Source of the DNA: a virus
Lineage: Duplodnaviria; Caudoviricetes
IMG/VR virus record: IMGVR_UViG_3300043673_000008
Location: 1 to 52,362 of that record
Length of the DNA: 52,362 bases
Direction: 5' to 3' (one strand)
A model generated the notes under the pieces. It searched no databases. It saw only the letters and a program-made list of their open reading frames with translations, and was not told where the DNA came from. Both the position numbers and the translations under genes were made by a program. Shown here in pieces: positions 1 through 8,930 of the stretch. How positions within the stretch are numbered: position 1 is the first letter of the stretch; each line of letters begins with the position of its first letter.

Positions 1-150
1 ATTTGACCGGGGCGAATTTGACCGGGGCGAATTTGACCGGGGCGAATTTGACCGGGGCGAATTTGACCGGGGCGAATTTGACCGGGGCGAATTTGTCCGG
101 GGCGAATTTGACCGGGGCGAATTTGACCGGGGCGAATTTGTACAGGGCGA
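1..150 (+). repeat. 15-bp tandem repeat GGGGCGAATTTGACC, about 10 units
   Basis: Directly visible; variant units TCC-GGG and TAC-AGG. Confidence 0.97.
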
Positions 151-485
151 AAAACTCTGAACAAGCGCTTGCTCAAACCATAATTGTCCCTGACGGCGCA
201 TTAGCTGTGTGGAAAAAATGCCAGCGCGGCATTCTTGTGCACTTACTAATCCCTGTTGAGGCGAAGCGTTCTAACGCCCATGGCCGCAAATGCCGCGCCG
301 AATATGTCAAGGTGCTTGAGGTAATCGGAGCTGATGTTGGAGTGTCATCACATGACGGCAAAACGGAATATCGCCAAGGCGAAACTGTTCGTTGCGACAA
401 ATGGAACCCTGACCGCTGGACGGAATGCGGCGGAGGTATTCATTTTTTTCTGACCCGGATCGAAGCGGAGAATTATACATGCTGA
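1..485 (+). CDS. Pentapeptide-repeat protein, 3' part, with DUF5758-like C-terminal domain; continues from 52034 across the contig junction
   Basis: A-N-L-(T/S)-G repeats followed by KCRAEYVKV and ECGGGIHFF motifs typical of phage pentapeptide proteins. Confidence 0.85.
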   Translation, partial: LTGANLTGANLTGANLTGANLTGANLTGANLSGANLTGANLTGANLYRAKNSEQALAQTIIVPDGALAVWKKCQRGILVHLLIPVEAKRSNAHGRKCRAEYVKVLEVIGADVGVSSHDGKTEYRQGETVRCDKWNPDRWTECGGGIHFFLTRIEAENYTC

Positions 486-661
486 TTACCCTGACGCCAT
501 ACGAGCTTGGCACGGTGCGCTATGCACTTGACCAGCACATTGCCACTATGCGCCCCTTGATTGCGGACGGGGAGCGGGCGGGACTATCAGCACTCTTGCC
601 TGAGTTTCGCAGGCTGGTAGCTGATATGGAAACCATACTTGCGAAACTGGATGAGGTTTAG
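479..661 (+). CDS. Hypothetical protein
   Basis: ATG overlaps the upstream gene end, GGAG upstream, tight packing. Confidence 0.6.
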   Translation: MLITLTPYELGTVRYALDQHIATMRPLIADGERAGLSALLPEFRRLVADMETILAKLDEV

Positions 662-663
662 CC

Positions 664-1092
664 ATGCCCGAATTCCTATTGAACCAACCGCCTGAAACCG
701 CGCATCCGTTCTATTCGCTTGATCCGTTTGCGCGCGGCTATATTGAGGCGATGTTTTTCACGAATGGCGATACAGGGGACGAGCGCGAAACTCTATTGAA
801 TGATTGGGGCGTGGAAAAGCTAACACGCGAGGCGGTTGCCAATATCGCCCGCGACTGTGCCGAATTCCAATCCCGCGAAGCTTTTCACCTGTCGGTTGCC
901 TATTCGGAACGTAACTATGAAGCGGCCCAGGCAGGGCGAGACTTTTGGTTTACGCGCCAAGGGCACGGGGTTGGGTTTTGGGATCGAACAGAACTAGACG
1001 CGGACGATTTGGGCAAGCTTTTGACCAATGCCGCGAAGGAATTTTGTGAGGCTTCTGTGGAAGCTTATCGTGGTTGGATTTATTACCGGTAG
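664..1092 (+). CDS. Conserved phage hypothetical protein (GRDFWFTRQGHGVGFWDR motif)
   Basis: 142 aa ORF with GAGG RBS; motif recalled from phage early proteins, function unknown. Confidence 0.75.
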   Translation: MPEFLLNQPPETAHPFYSLDPFARGYIEAMFFTNGDTGDERETLLNDWGVEKLTREAVANIARDCAEFQSREAFHLSVAYSERNYEAAQAGRDFWFTRQGHGVGFWDRTELDADDLGKLLTNAAKEFCEASVEAYRGWIYYR

Positions 1093-1110
1093 TCAGAGAG
1101 GGAAAGTATC

Positions 1111-1548
1111 ATGGGACAATCATATCGCAACTACAACGCGCCCAACCGGGCGCAGAAGGTTTCAATCACTTGGTCGATGGAAACGCCGGAGGACGATTGC
1201 ACGGACGGTCCCGACGAAAGACAGGACGGATTTTGGCCCAGCCATGATCCCAAAGCAGCGGGATATTGCCCGGCTGACAAGTTTGAGGCTTTGCAACGGG
1301 AATGCGAAAACCTGATGAAGGGTTTTGTTCGTGGCGATTGGTCTTATGTCGGCGTGGTAGCGGTTGCGCGCATTTCCATTCCGATAGGGGGCGGATCGTT
1401 CATCACTCATACCCTGCGCAGCCCTGGCCTTTGGGGGATCGAAAGTTATTCGCCCGAATATCACAAAGAGGTTTACGAAGAACAGAAGACGGAGCTTTTG
1501 GAGCAGTTGAAAATACTGGCCGCAGCCATTCAATCGGATGCGCCATGA
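1111..1548 (+). CDS. Hypothetical protein
   Basis: 145 aa ORF, GAGGG RBS. Confidence 0.7.
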   Translation: MGQSYRNYNAPNRAQKVSITWSMETPEDDCTDGPDERQDGFWPSHDPKAAGYCPADKFEALQRECENLMKGFVRGDWSYVGVVAVARISIPIGGGSFITHTLRSPGLWGIESYSPEYHKEVYEEQKTELLEQLKILAAAIQSDAP

Positions 1549-1727
1549 AGCACGAAACGACAGAGGCGCTGCTATCGCGCCTCGCACATGAGCGCGATAT
1601 TCTTTGGGCGTGCATATTGAACGTGGAGATTGGCTATCTCTGGCAACGCCGGTTTTTCTGCGAGCATCAATGGGAAAATATGGGGTTGCACGATGATTGC
1701 AAACTCTGTGGGGAGGGTCGCGCATGA
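1545..1727 (+). CDS. Small hypothetical protein with CxH/CxxC motif
   Basis: ATGA overlap with upstream stop. Confidence 0.5.
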   Translation: MKHETTEALLSRLAHERDILWACILNVEIGYLWQRRFFCEHQWENMGLHDDCKLCGEGRA

Positions 1728-2000
1728 TCGAGGAACGATACTTGAGGTTTCAGCGGACACAACGGCTGCACAGCCCTCCGCTGGGATCGAGTGGCCCGGT
1801 TTTCGGGTTTTGGCAGTGGGTGCAATATCTTTTTAGAAGGAATGAGGAATGATTTTAGTTCTAGTGTTAGCCGCGCTCGCCGAGGTGGCAATTGCGGCGA
1901 TCGAGCTATTCTGCTTTCTGGCCCGGTTTGGCTTCCACCTCGCCCACCTATCGTTTAATCCGCACCTAGTCCAGCGATGGAAGGGCGGGCGCTGATTGCG

Positions 2001-2036
2001 AAAACCGGGCTTCGGGAAACTGAGGTCCGGTTTTTT
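2001..2036 (+). terminator. Rho-independent terminator closing the early region
   Basis: AAAACCGGGCTTCGG-GAAA-CTGAGGTCCGGTTTT stem followed by T run. Confidence 0.8.
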
Positions 2037-2213
2037 CACGCCCTGGGGACGGTCAGGACGGCGATTTGAGGGTTGAGCGGTATGGTAGCATGGGTAGGAA
2101 TTCCTGCCGTCCAGGGCTTCGGGCTAAGGGTGCAGGGGTTGGCAAATCCCTATAGGCGGTATTTTCAAGTCACATCCCTGACGCCGGAATGAACATGATG
2201 GTTCTAGTCGGAG

Positions 2214-2760
2214 TAACCCCTTGATAAAGGAAAAAGTTAGAATATTACAAGGCACAACAGAATAGAATGAATAGTGTGACCAATCATGGTGTTGAATGGT
2301 GTGCTGTACTGTACCTAGGGCAAGGATGTGGGGGTCTAAGGCGTACTCTTAGGGAAATGCCATTAGTTCCAGACCCCTGCAATGCCGTTCCCCACGCGTT
2401 AACCATAATTCAGTAAACACGAATTATTACCAATTAATACAGAATTGGTTAATCCATAGCTAACCCATTGACTGCCTCAATTAAGCCTTATTTCTCCCAA
2501 TCCTGTCAAAATTGTGTTCATCAATGGGTTAGCTATACCACATTAACCCTGATGTAGTTAACCCGATGCTATTGTCCATCGACCATGGTGTAGTTAACTG
2601 TAACATCATTAAAGATCGTTAACTAGTTCATGGTTAATATATGCTTGCGGGCCGGTGTATTTTAACTAATTCATGGTTACCGGTGCCGGGGACCCCTTAG
2701 GGGCTTCTCAGTTCCCGCATCCCCTTGACCATTAACCAGAATTGAGTTAAGCTATACCCC
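2214..2760. promoter_or_regulatory. AT-rich non-coding control region (candidate packaging site, origin or late promoter)
   Basis: No ORF; TTAA-N11-TTAA repeats, 16-bp inverted repeat 2456-2471/2521-2536, IHF-consensus match 2214-2226. Confidence 0.6.
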
Positions 2761-2769
2761 CACAGAGGT

Positions 2770-3231
2770 ATGATCATGCGGAAACGCGAAACCCTTGACG
2801 AGTTCACCGATCGCGCGATCGCTGCAACCGACGCTGGCAAGTTCATTCCGCCGATCGTCTATCTGCCGAAGCGGCTTCGAGCGAACGGGGTGCGGCTGAC
2901 GGTGGACAACATCTGCGTCACCACCAATCCTCCGACAATCAAAGAGAACCACCTCCGTATCCTCGACGCTGATCCGCTCGGCTTCCTGATGGCGGTGATG
3001 CATGGCCAACCGATCCCCAGCTTTCATGTCACGACGGAAGGCTCAATTAGAGTGGAGTACCAAGTCCCTTGCTTCGACACGCGCGTCCAAACTGCGAAGT
3101 GGCTCGCGCACAAAGTAACGCTGCGGTCGAACGATCATAAAAGCGGCATACCTGTCGATGAAGGTGACGGCTGGAACGATCTAGTCGAGAAGCGCAACGC
3201 CAAGGAACGCGAGACCAATAACAACCCATAG
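2770..3231 (+). CDS. Putative terminase small subunit
   Basis: Directly upstream of TerL; DPLGFLMAVM...RVQTAKWLA helical motif resembles TerS proteins. Confidence 0.55.
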   Translation: MIMRKRETLDEFTDRAIAATDAGKFIPPIVYLPKRLRANGVRLTVDNICVTTNPPTIKENHLRILDADPLGFLMAVMHGQPIPSFHVTTEGSIRVEYQVPCFDTRVQTAKWLAHKVTLRSNDHKSGIPVDEGDGWNDLVEKRNAKERETNNNP

Positions 3232-3284
3232 GTTGTAGAAGATCAATCTTCTAACAACATGATTACTTAAGAAGGAATATCCGC

Positions 3285-4868
3285 TTGGCCTATAAAAAAC
3301 CGATCAAGCGCACCGAACGCGAATGGGCGGCCCTCAAGCATTGGCTCGAAAACCCGACCGACGCGATCAAGGACTGGTTCAAGGTCACGCCAGATGACTG
3401 GCAGGGGGACGTGCTTAACGGGCTGTTCAAGCCGACAAGCACGGTGATGGACCGCATCGCGATGAAGGCGGCGCATGGCCCCGGAAAAACGGCGATCGAC
3501 GCTTGGGCCGGGCTTATATTTCTGAACTGCTATGAGAATTGCCGCGTGGTCGCAACCGCGCCGACATTCGCGCAGCTTCACGACGTTCTCTTTCCTGAAT
3601 TCGCAAAGTGGTCGAACAAGCTTCCAGAAAGGATGCAGGATGAATGGGTTATATCTGGCGGGCACATTCGCCATAAGCTCGCCCCATACGATTGGTTCGC
3701 TGTGGCGCGGACAAGCAATCAGCCCGCCAATCTTCAAGGCTTTCACGGCAGCCATCTGCTCATTCTCGCCGACGAAGGCTCCGCGATCCCACCTCCCGTC
3801 TTCGAGGTCATCGAGGGGGCATTGTCGGAAGCGGGCGAAGATGGCAAGGTCGCGAAGCTGCTGGTAGGGGGCAACCCTAACTTCAACAGCGGCGAACTGC
3901 ACGACGCGTTCTATAAGAACCGTGATCTGTATGATCGAATTACGATCACGGGGGATAAGCCCCTGCTCACCAAGCTCGAAGTCGAACAGGGCGGATACCA
4001 CGAAGATCATGGGCGCGTGTACTATAGCCCTAGGGTGAAGAAGAAGTATTGCGACATCATCGCGAAGAAGTATGGCATCGACAGCGCGGTGTACGACGTG
4101 CGCGTGCGGGGCATCTTCCCGCGCATTAGCGACGACGCGATCTTCCCGTTGGAATGGGCGGAACGCGCCGCGCTCAAAACGCCGCCTCCATTCGATAACG
4201 TGGCCGATGGCTTCTCGGTGATCTGCGATCCCAGCCGGGGCGGGGCAGCCGAGACCGCGATCGGGGTCGCTCGCAAGGGATGTCTTGTCGAGATTGAAGG
4301 TCATAAGGGGATGACCAGCGCGCCCCAGGTCAGCAATCAAGTTCACGAAGTCGTGCTGCGCTATAAGGCGATGGGGCTGCACCTCAACGAGATTATTGTT
4401 GATCAGCCCGGTGTCGGCGGCGGTGTCATTGATAACCTCAGACGGGATTTCAACTATCCAGTCCGTGGTTATGACGGCGGCAAGCCGCTCGTAAAAGGCG
4501 TGGACCCGGATGAAGACTGCAAGATGTTCGCCAATCGGCGCGCACGGGATCATTGGGCGCTGAGGCGCAAGCTCGAACAGAACACGCTGCCGATCCCTTA
4601 CGACGAGGTAATGCTCGCGCAGATGGCGAGCATCAAGTACCACTACAACAAGACGGAGAAAATTCAGGTCGAGGGCAAGCAGGACATGAAGGACCGGCTT
4701 GGGCCGGAAGCCTCCCCTGATCGCAGCGACGTGCTGGTGATGGCGAGCGCACCCTATTACAGCGGCAGCGAAGTCACCTCAGTTAACATTACGGAGGAAG
4801 ACATCGTCAGCGGGGATGACCGGCCCACCACGGAATATCGCGAGGCTATGGACATGGGGCTGGTTTGA
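3285..4868 (+). CDS. terL: Terminase large subunit
   Basis: Walker A AAHGPGKT, Walker B LILADEG, nuclease motifs ICDPSRGG and SPDRSD; TTG start. Confidence 0.95.
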   Translation: MAYKKPIKRTEREWAALKHWLENPTDAIKDWFKVTPDDWQGDVLNGLFKPTSTVMDRIAMKAAHGPGKTAIDAWAGLIFLNCYENCRVVATAPTFAQLHDVLFPEFAKWSNKLPERMQDEWVISGGHIRHKLAPYDWFAVARTSNQPANLQGFHGSHLLILADEGSAIPPPVFEVIEGALSEAGEDGKVAKLLVGGNPNFNSGELHDAFYKNRDLYDRITITGDKPLLTKLEVEQGGYHEDHGRVYYSPRVKKKYCDIIAKKYGIDSAVYDVRVRGIFPRISDDAIFPLEWAERAALKTPPPFDNVADGFSVICDPSRGGAAETAIGVARKGCLVEIEGHKGMTSAPQVSNQVHEVVLRYKAMGLHLNEIIVDQPGVGGGVIDNLRRDFNYPVRGYDGGKPLVKGVDPDEDCKMFANRRARDHWALRRKLEQNTLPIPYDEVMLAQMASIKYHYNKTEKIQVEGKQDMKDRLGPEASPDRSDVLVMASAPYYSGSEVTSVNITEEDIVSGDDRPTTEYREAMDMGLV

Positions 4869-4886
4869 TGCTAGACAGCTTCGACA

Positions 4887-5165
4887 ATGACCGATGAACA
4901 GTTCCACACGATCAACCGCAAGCTGGATTTCATCTTCCGGCTGCTTCTCATAAGGGAGAAAGCACTGATGGCTACGCTTAAGGATATCCAAGACGAAATC
5001 GCCGCCGAGACCTCGCTCGACACGGGGCTGCTGGTCCTGATCAACAAGCTGGTCGCCAACCAGAACGATCCGGTCGCGCTCCAAGCCATCCTGACGGGGA
5101 TGCAGGCCAACATCGCGCCGCTCGCCGCTGCGCTCCAAGCCAACACCGGAGCCCCGGCTGCTTAA
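4887..5165 (+). CDS. Hypothetical helical protein
   Basis: 92 aa ORF with phage-like codon use; alternative start at MATLKD has a GGGAG RBS. Confidence 0.65.
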   Translation: MTDEQFHTINRKLDFIFRLLLIREKALMATLKDIQDEIAAETSLDTGLLVLINKLVANQNDPVALQAILTGMQANIAPLAAALQANTGAPAA

Positions 5166-5205
5166 CTCCCTTCTCCCCTGCCAACGGGGAGTGGGGTAGT
5201 GGATC

Positions 5206-5235
5206 AAGGCCACCGGTAAAACGGTGGCCTTTTTC
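5206..5235 (+). terminator. Rho-independent terminator
   Basis: AAGGCCACCG-GTAAAA-CGGTGGCCTT followed by T run. Confidence 0.85.
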
Positions 5236-5250
5236 TTTAACTGTGCTATG

Positions 5251-5377
5251 GTGCCGCTTCACTTGTCCGGTCCTGCGTTTGCGCGCGGACCAAGGCACTT
5301 GAGATCGAGACCCGGCGAACCCAGCGTCGCACCCCGCAAAGGGTCCCATGCATAAGGCAGCCGGGTCTCACCCTCAA
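5251..5377. ncRNA. Candidate structured RNA element 1
   Basis: Nested stems GTGCC/GGCAC, GGTCC/GGACC, TTGAG/CTCAA, GAGACCCGGC/GCCGGGTCTC, ACCC/GGGT. Confidence 0.35.
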
Positions 5378-5550
5378 ACTCTCCAAAACTTTCGCGCTAA
5401 GTCATTGTTCTTCTGGAACCGTTTCAACGACTTATTTGCTTTCTACAGCATAATTAGTGTACTTTGTTAACCATGTTGTTCCAGATTGATCAAGGAATTG
5501 GTCATTTTACCAGAGAGCCGCCTTAGACCCCCACTTCCCTGACGACGGCA

Positions 5551-5627
5551 GGGACGTGACCGCTCCCGTGTGAGAGGGGAATGTTTCGACACGTTCAGCG
5601 GATATGTCTTGACAGACGACACGTCCC
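5551..5627 (+). ncRNA. Candidate structured RNA element 2 (portal leader)
   Basis: GGGACGTG/CACGTCCC closes a multibranch fold with CCGCT/AGCGG and three small hairpins. Confidence 0.35.
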
Positions 5628-5684
5628 GCTTTCCGCGACCCCTGCTCCGATCTCCGCTATAATGGCGGATCACACGGGGCAATC

Positions 5685-7178
5685 ATGTCAAAACGGAAAA
5701 CGAACGCGCAAGGTCGTCCGCGCGCCATCGAGGGCGAGCAGCTTGTCGTAGGCAACGACCTGCTGGCAACGATGATCGACCCAAAGCAGGGCGGCGTCTA
5801 TTTTCTCACGATCGACGAGATCGTCGCCCGCAAGGGCTGGGCCACCTACAAGGAAATGCTCCATGACGATCAGGTGAAAGCTTGCTTGGAGTTCAAGAAA
5901 ATCTTGGTTGTGGGCCGCGCCTTCGAGTTGAAGCCCGCCGATGACAGCTCAGCCGCCGCGTTGCAGGCGAAGTTCGTCGAGGAAGTCTTCTCCCGGCTCA
6001 ACATCGAGGAAGTGCTGCACAACGCCCTGACGGCGTTTGAGTTCGGTTACAGCCTCGCGGAGCAGGTTTTCGAGCGCGACATATGGGACGCGAGGAACGA
6101 CGGAGACGGCAAGCAATATGTTTTCCTCAAGAAGCTGCAACACCGCGATCCGCGCGATCTGGTCCTCAAGATGGACTATCACGGAAATTATGTTGGCATG
6201 AAGCAGTGGGGCGTGGCGGGCGTGCCTAAGGGCGTCGTCGAGCTTGCGCCGGAAAAAACCTGGCTTTTCACGCACGACAAGCGTTTCGGCAACCTATATG
6301 GTCAGTCGGACCTGCGCGCCGCCTATCGCTCGTGGTGGGCGAAGAAGTTCGTGATCCAGTTCTGGAACGTCTATCTCGAACGCTTCGGCGCTCCGATGAC
6401 CAAGATGACCTATCCGCTGGGCGCTAGCGACCAGTTGAAGACTAACCTCAAGACGATCCTCTCTAACCTGTCGAGCAAGACCGAAATCCTCGTGCCGGAA
6501 GGCGTCAACGTCAACCTCGTAGAGGCGACGCGCGGCGGCAACGCGGGCTACGAACAGGCTCTCAGCTTCCATAACAACTCAATCGCGCGTGCCATGCTCA
6601 TGGTGGCGCTGCTCGGCGCGGATGGCGACGCCAACCGGCAGACGGCCAGCACCAGCCAGTCGTTCCTGCACGTCCGCATCCTGTTCAAAGTCGCCGACCA
6701 AATTAGCCAGAAGCTCTCCGCGAGCCTCATGGAGCAGGTTATTCGCCCCCTGCTCGACCTGAACTTCGAGACGCCAGCCTATCCCGATTTCATCTGGCAG
6801 GATTACGGCCAGTTCGAGGGTATGGCAGTCGCCGACGAAATCCGTCAGCTTCATGCAGCCGGTATTATTGAAATGGATCAGCGCGACGTGAATTACGTCC
6901 GTTCGATCCTGGGCCTGCCGTTGCGCGACGAACTGGATGACCCGGATGAAGTGATCCGTCCGCAACCGCTGCCGCCGCCCGGCGGCGGGGCAGGTCAGCC
7001 GCCTGCGCCGGAAGACGGCAACACGCGCGCCGACAAGGGCGGCGGTAAAGGCAAGCCCACGGGCAAGCAGCCCGGCACAAAGGGCGGCACGCCTAAGCCC
7101 GCGCAGCGCGAGACGACCAACTCGCAAAAGCATTTCGCGCTCGTTCTGAGGGAAGTTGAAGAAGAAGCGGCGGAGTAA
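5685..7178 (+). CDS. Portal protein (Mu gp29/DUF935-like)
   Basis: Position after TerL; FGYSLAE and FWNVYLERFGAP motifs; Pro/Gly-rich C-terminal tail. Confidence 0.9.
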   Translation: MSKRKTNAQGRPRAIEGEQLVVGNDLLATMIDPKQGGVYFLTIDEIVARKGWATYKEMLHDDQVKACLEFKKILVVGRAFELKPADDSSAAALQAKFVEEVFSRLNIEEVLHNALTAFEFGYSLAEQVFERDIWDARNDGDGKQYVFLKKLQHRDPRDLVLKMDYHGNYVGMKQWGVAGVPKGVVELAPEKTWLFTHDKRFGNLYGQSDLRAAYRSWWAKKFVIQFWNVYLERFGAPMTKMTYPLGASDQLKTNLKTILSNLSSKTEILVPEGVNVNLVEATRGGNAGYEQALSFHNNSIARAMLMVALLGADGDANRQTASTSQSFLHVRILFKVADQISQKLSASLMEQVIRPLLDLNFETPAYPDFIWQDYGQFEGMAVADEIRQLHAAGIIEMDQRDVNYVRSILGLPLRDELDDPDEVIRPQPLPPPGGGAGQPPAPEDGNTRADKGGGKGKPTGKQPGTKGGTPKPAQRETTNSQKHFALVLREVEEEAAE

Positions 7179-8432
7179 ATGAAAATCCTGGGGGCAGACG
7201 GCGATGAGATCGTCCTGATCGACAGCGACAAGCTGCGCGGTCCACCGGGCAAGGATGGAGCTTCCATCACTGGTCGGCCCGGCGCGCGTGGCCCGCAGGG
7301 ACAAATTGGACTGACCGGTAAGCCCGGTAAGTCAATTTCAGGAAAGGATGGCGTCGATGGTCGCTCGATTATCGGTCCAGCGGGAAAAGATGGGAAAGAC
7401 GGTGCGGATGGTCGTGATGGTGTCGATGGCAAGAATGGCCGCGACGGCAAGGACGCTGTTCTCCCTGGCGGAGGCAAACCCGGTGACACTCTCACGTTCG
7501 GCCCCAGCGGCGCACCCATTTGGGCCGGTATCGCTCCGGTAAGTCCGTTCGCCGGTCCCGGCAACCGCACCAAGTTCAACTTGATCAATTCGCGCCTCTC
7601 GGCGCTAGAAGCCTCCGGTTCGGGTGCCACTTGGGCGACATCGACCTGGGTTGGCAGCGGCTACCAGCCGATCGGCAATTACGCGAACAGCAGTGACGTG
7701 TCGAGCTTCTATGCTCTCAAGACCTCGGTGCCAGTCACCGCGTCGTTCGCTGCCAGCGCAGACGTATCGAGCTTCTACGCACTCAAAACCACCGACGCTC
7801 TGAAAGCGGCGAGCGCCGACGTGAGCAGCTTTTATGCGCTCAAGACTTCTGTTCCCGCCACGGCGTCGTTCGCCGCCAGCGCAGACGTATCGAGCGCTAA
7901 CGCGACGTTCGCGCAATCCAGTGCCCTGCTCACCACTAGCATCTATGTCTCGTCGAATTACCAGCCGCGCGGCTTCTTCGTTACCAGTGATGCGAACTAT
8001 AGCAACAGCACCTATATTGGCAGCTTCTATGCGCTCAAGACTACCGTGTGGCAGCCAGTCGGCTTCTATGTCACGTCCAACGCGACCTATGCCGACAGCA
8101 CCGCGATCAGCAGCACTTATGCGCGCTTCATGGGAAAGACCGAAACATGGAGCCTTGCCGCCCCTGCCTCGCGTACAATCGCCAATAGTATCGGCTGGTC
8201 GTTCTGCACGACCAGCACCACGATCACCAGTGCCTTCATTACGATGCCGACCTCTCCGATCGACGGGCAGGAATACGTTTTCGGTACGGTGGGCGCGATC
8301 ACCTTCATAACGCAGACAGTCGGCCCTGGCAGCGTCCAGTTGCTCCGCAACCCTTTGACTACGGCTGCGGCGGGCGCGGCGGCAGCATGGAAGTGGACCC
8401 TTGCAAACACGACATGGTTTCGCGTCCGGTAA
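7179..8432 (+). CDS. Collagen-like, Ser/Thr-rich virion fibre or decoration protein
   Basis: G-X-Y triplets in the N-terminal part, repeated SADVSSFYALKT units, beta-rich C-terminus ending WFRVR. Confidence 0.75.
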   Translation: MKILGADGDEIVLIDSDKLRGPPGKDGASITGRPGARGPQGQIGLTGKPGKSISGKDGVDGRSIIGPAGKDGKDGADGRDGVDGKNGRDGKDAVLPGGGKPGDTLTFGPSGAPIWAGIAPVSPFAGPGNRTKFNLINSRLSALEASGSGATWATSTWVGSGYQPIGNYANSSDVSSFYALKTSVPVTASFAASADVSSFYALKTTDALKAASADVSSFYALKTSVPATASFAASADVSSANATFAQSSALLTTSIYVSSNYQPRGFFVTSDANYSNSTYIGSFYALKTTVWQPVGFYVTSNATYADSTAISSTYARFMGKTETWSLAAPASRTIANSIGWSFCTTSTTITSAFITMPTSPIDGQEYVFGTVGAITFITQTVGPGSVQLLRNPLTTAAAGAAAAWKWTLANTTWFRVR

Positions 8433-8490
8433 ATGCCGCGACCGGGAGACCAAATTGCGCTACAATGCTCACCAACATGGACGAAATTCG

Positions 8491-8607
8491 ATGACACTTT
8501 TAGCGTCTCTCCAAGCAATTGCGACCGCTTTGGCGGACATTCTCTCGAAGACTGCCTCGGTGAAGGCGGCTCTCACCGACCTCGGGACCTTTCTCACTAC
8601 GGTCTAA
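8491..8607 (+). CDS. Small hypothetical protein (possibly frameshift-linked to 8639-8779)
   Basis: 38 aa amphipathic ORF MTLLASLQAI. Confidence 0.4.
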   Translation: MTLLASLQAIATALADILSKTASVKAALTDLGTFLTTV

Positions 8608-8638
8608 GGCCAGCGCGCTGCTGCGCAGCGCGAAGAAT

Positions 8639-8779
8639 ATGGCGGAAGTCAGCACGGCCCTGGACACGATCCTAGGAATGCTGACGCCGCCTCGAAAGCG
8701 CCGGGCTTATCCTCGGCAAACTCAATCGCGACAAGACGCGATTTTGAACCACAGGTTCCACGGACCCAGGAGTGAATGA
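8639..8779 (+). CDS. Small hypothetical protein with YPRQTQSR motif
   Basis: Translated by hand; 46 aa, below the ORF-track cutoff. Confidence 0.4.
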   Translation: MAEVSTALDTILGMLTPPRKRRAYPRQTQSRQDAILNHRFHGPRSE

Positions 8780-8780
8780 A

Positions 8781-8921
8781 ATGATCAACGATCCAATTCC
8801 GCCCGCTGTCGAAGCTGTCGCCGTGTCCTATTGGGCTAAGGGCGTCGCGCTCGTAAAGGGCTATCCGAAGACCACGCTCGGTATCCTTGTGCTGGTCGTG
8901 CTGTTTTTCGTCATCTTTTAA
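8781..8921 (+). CDS. Small membrane protein
   Basis: 46 aa, AGGAG RBS, C-terminal hydrophobic helix LGILVLVVLFFVIF. Confidence 0.55.
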   Translation: MINDPIPPAVEAVAVSYWAKGVALVKGYPKTTLGILVLVVLFFVIF

Positions 8922-8930
8922 GGAACTTCG

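Noticed and set aside
1-150. CRISPR array or telomere-like repeat
   Set aside because: Units are contiguous 15-mers without spacers and encode in-frame pentapeptide repeats
3267-4643. Long minus-strand ORFs (also 11186-12262, 12241-13566, 34050-35225)
   Set aside because: Antisense shadows of well-supported plus-strand genes in GC-rich DNA, with no recognisable motifs
5551-5627. tRNA gene
   Set aside because: Stem nesting is not a cloverleaf; no proper T-arm/anticodon geometry or CCA end
5609-5663. Perfect sigma70 promoter TTGACA...TATAAT
   Set aside because: The two hexamers are about 43 bp apart rather than 16-18
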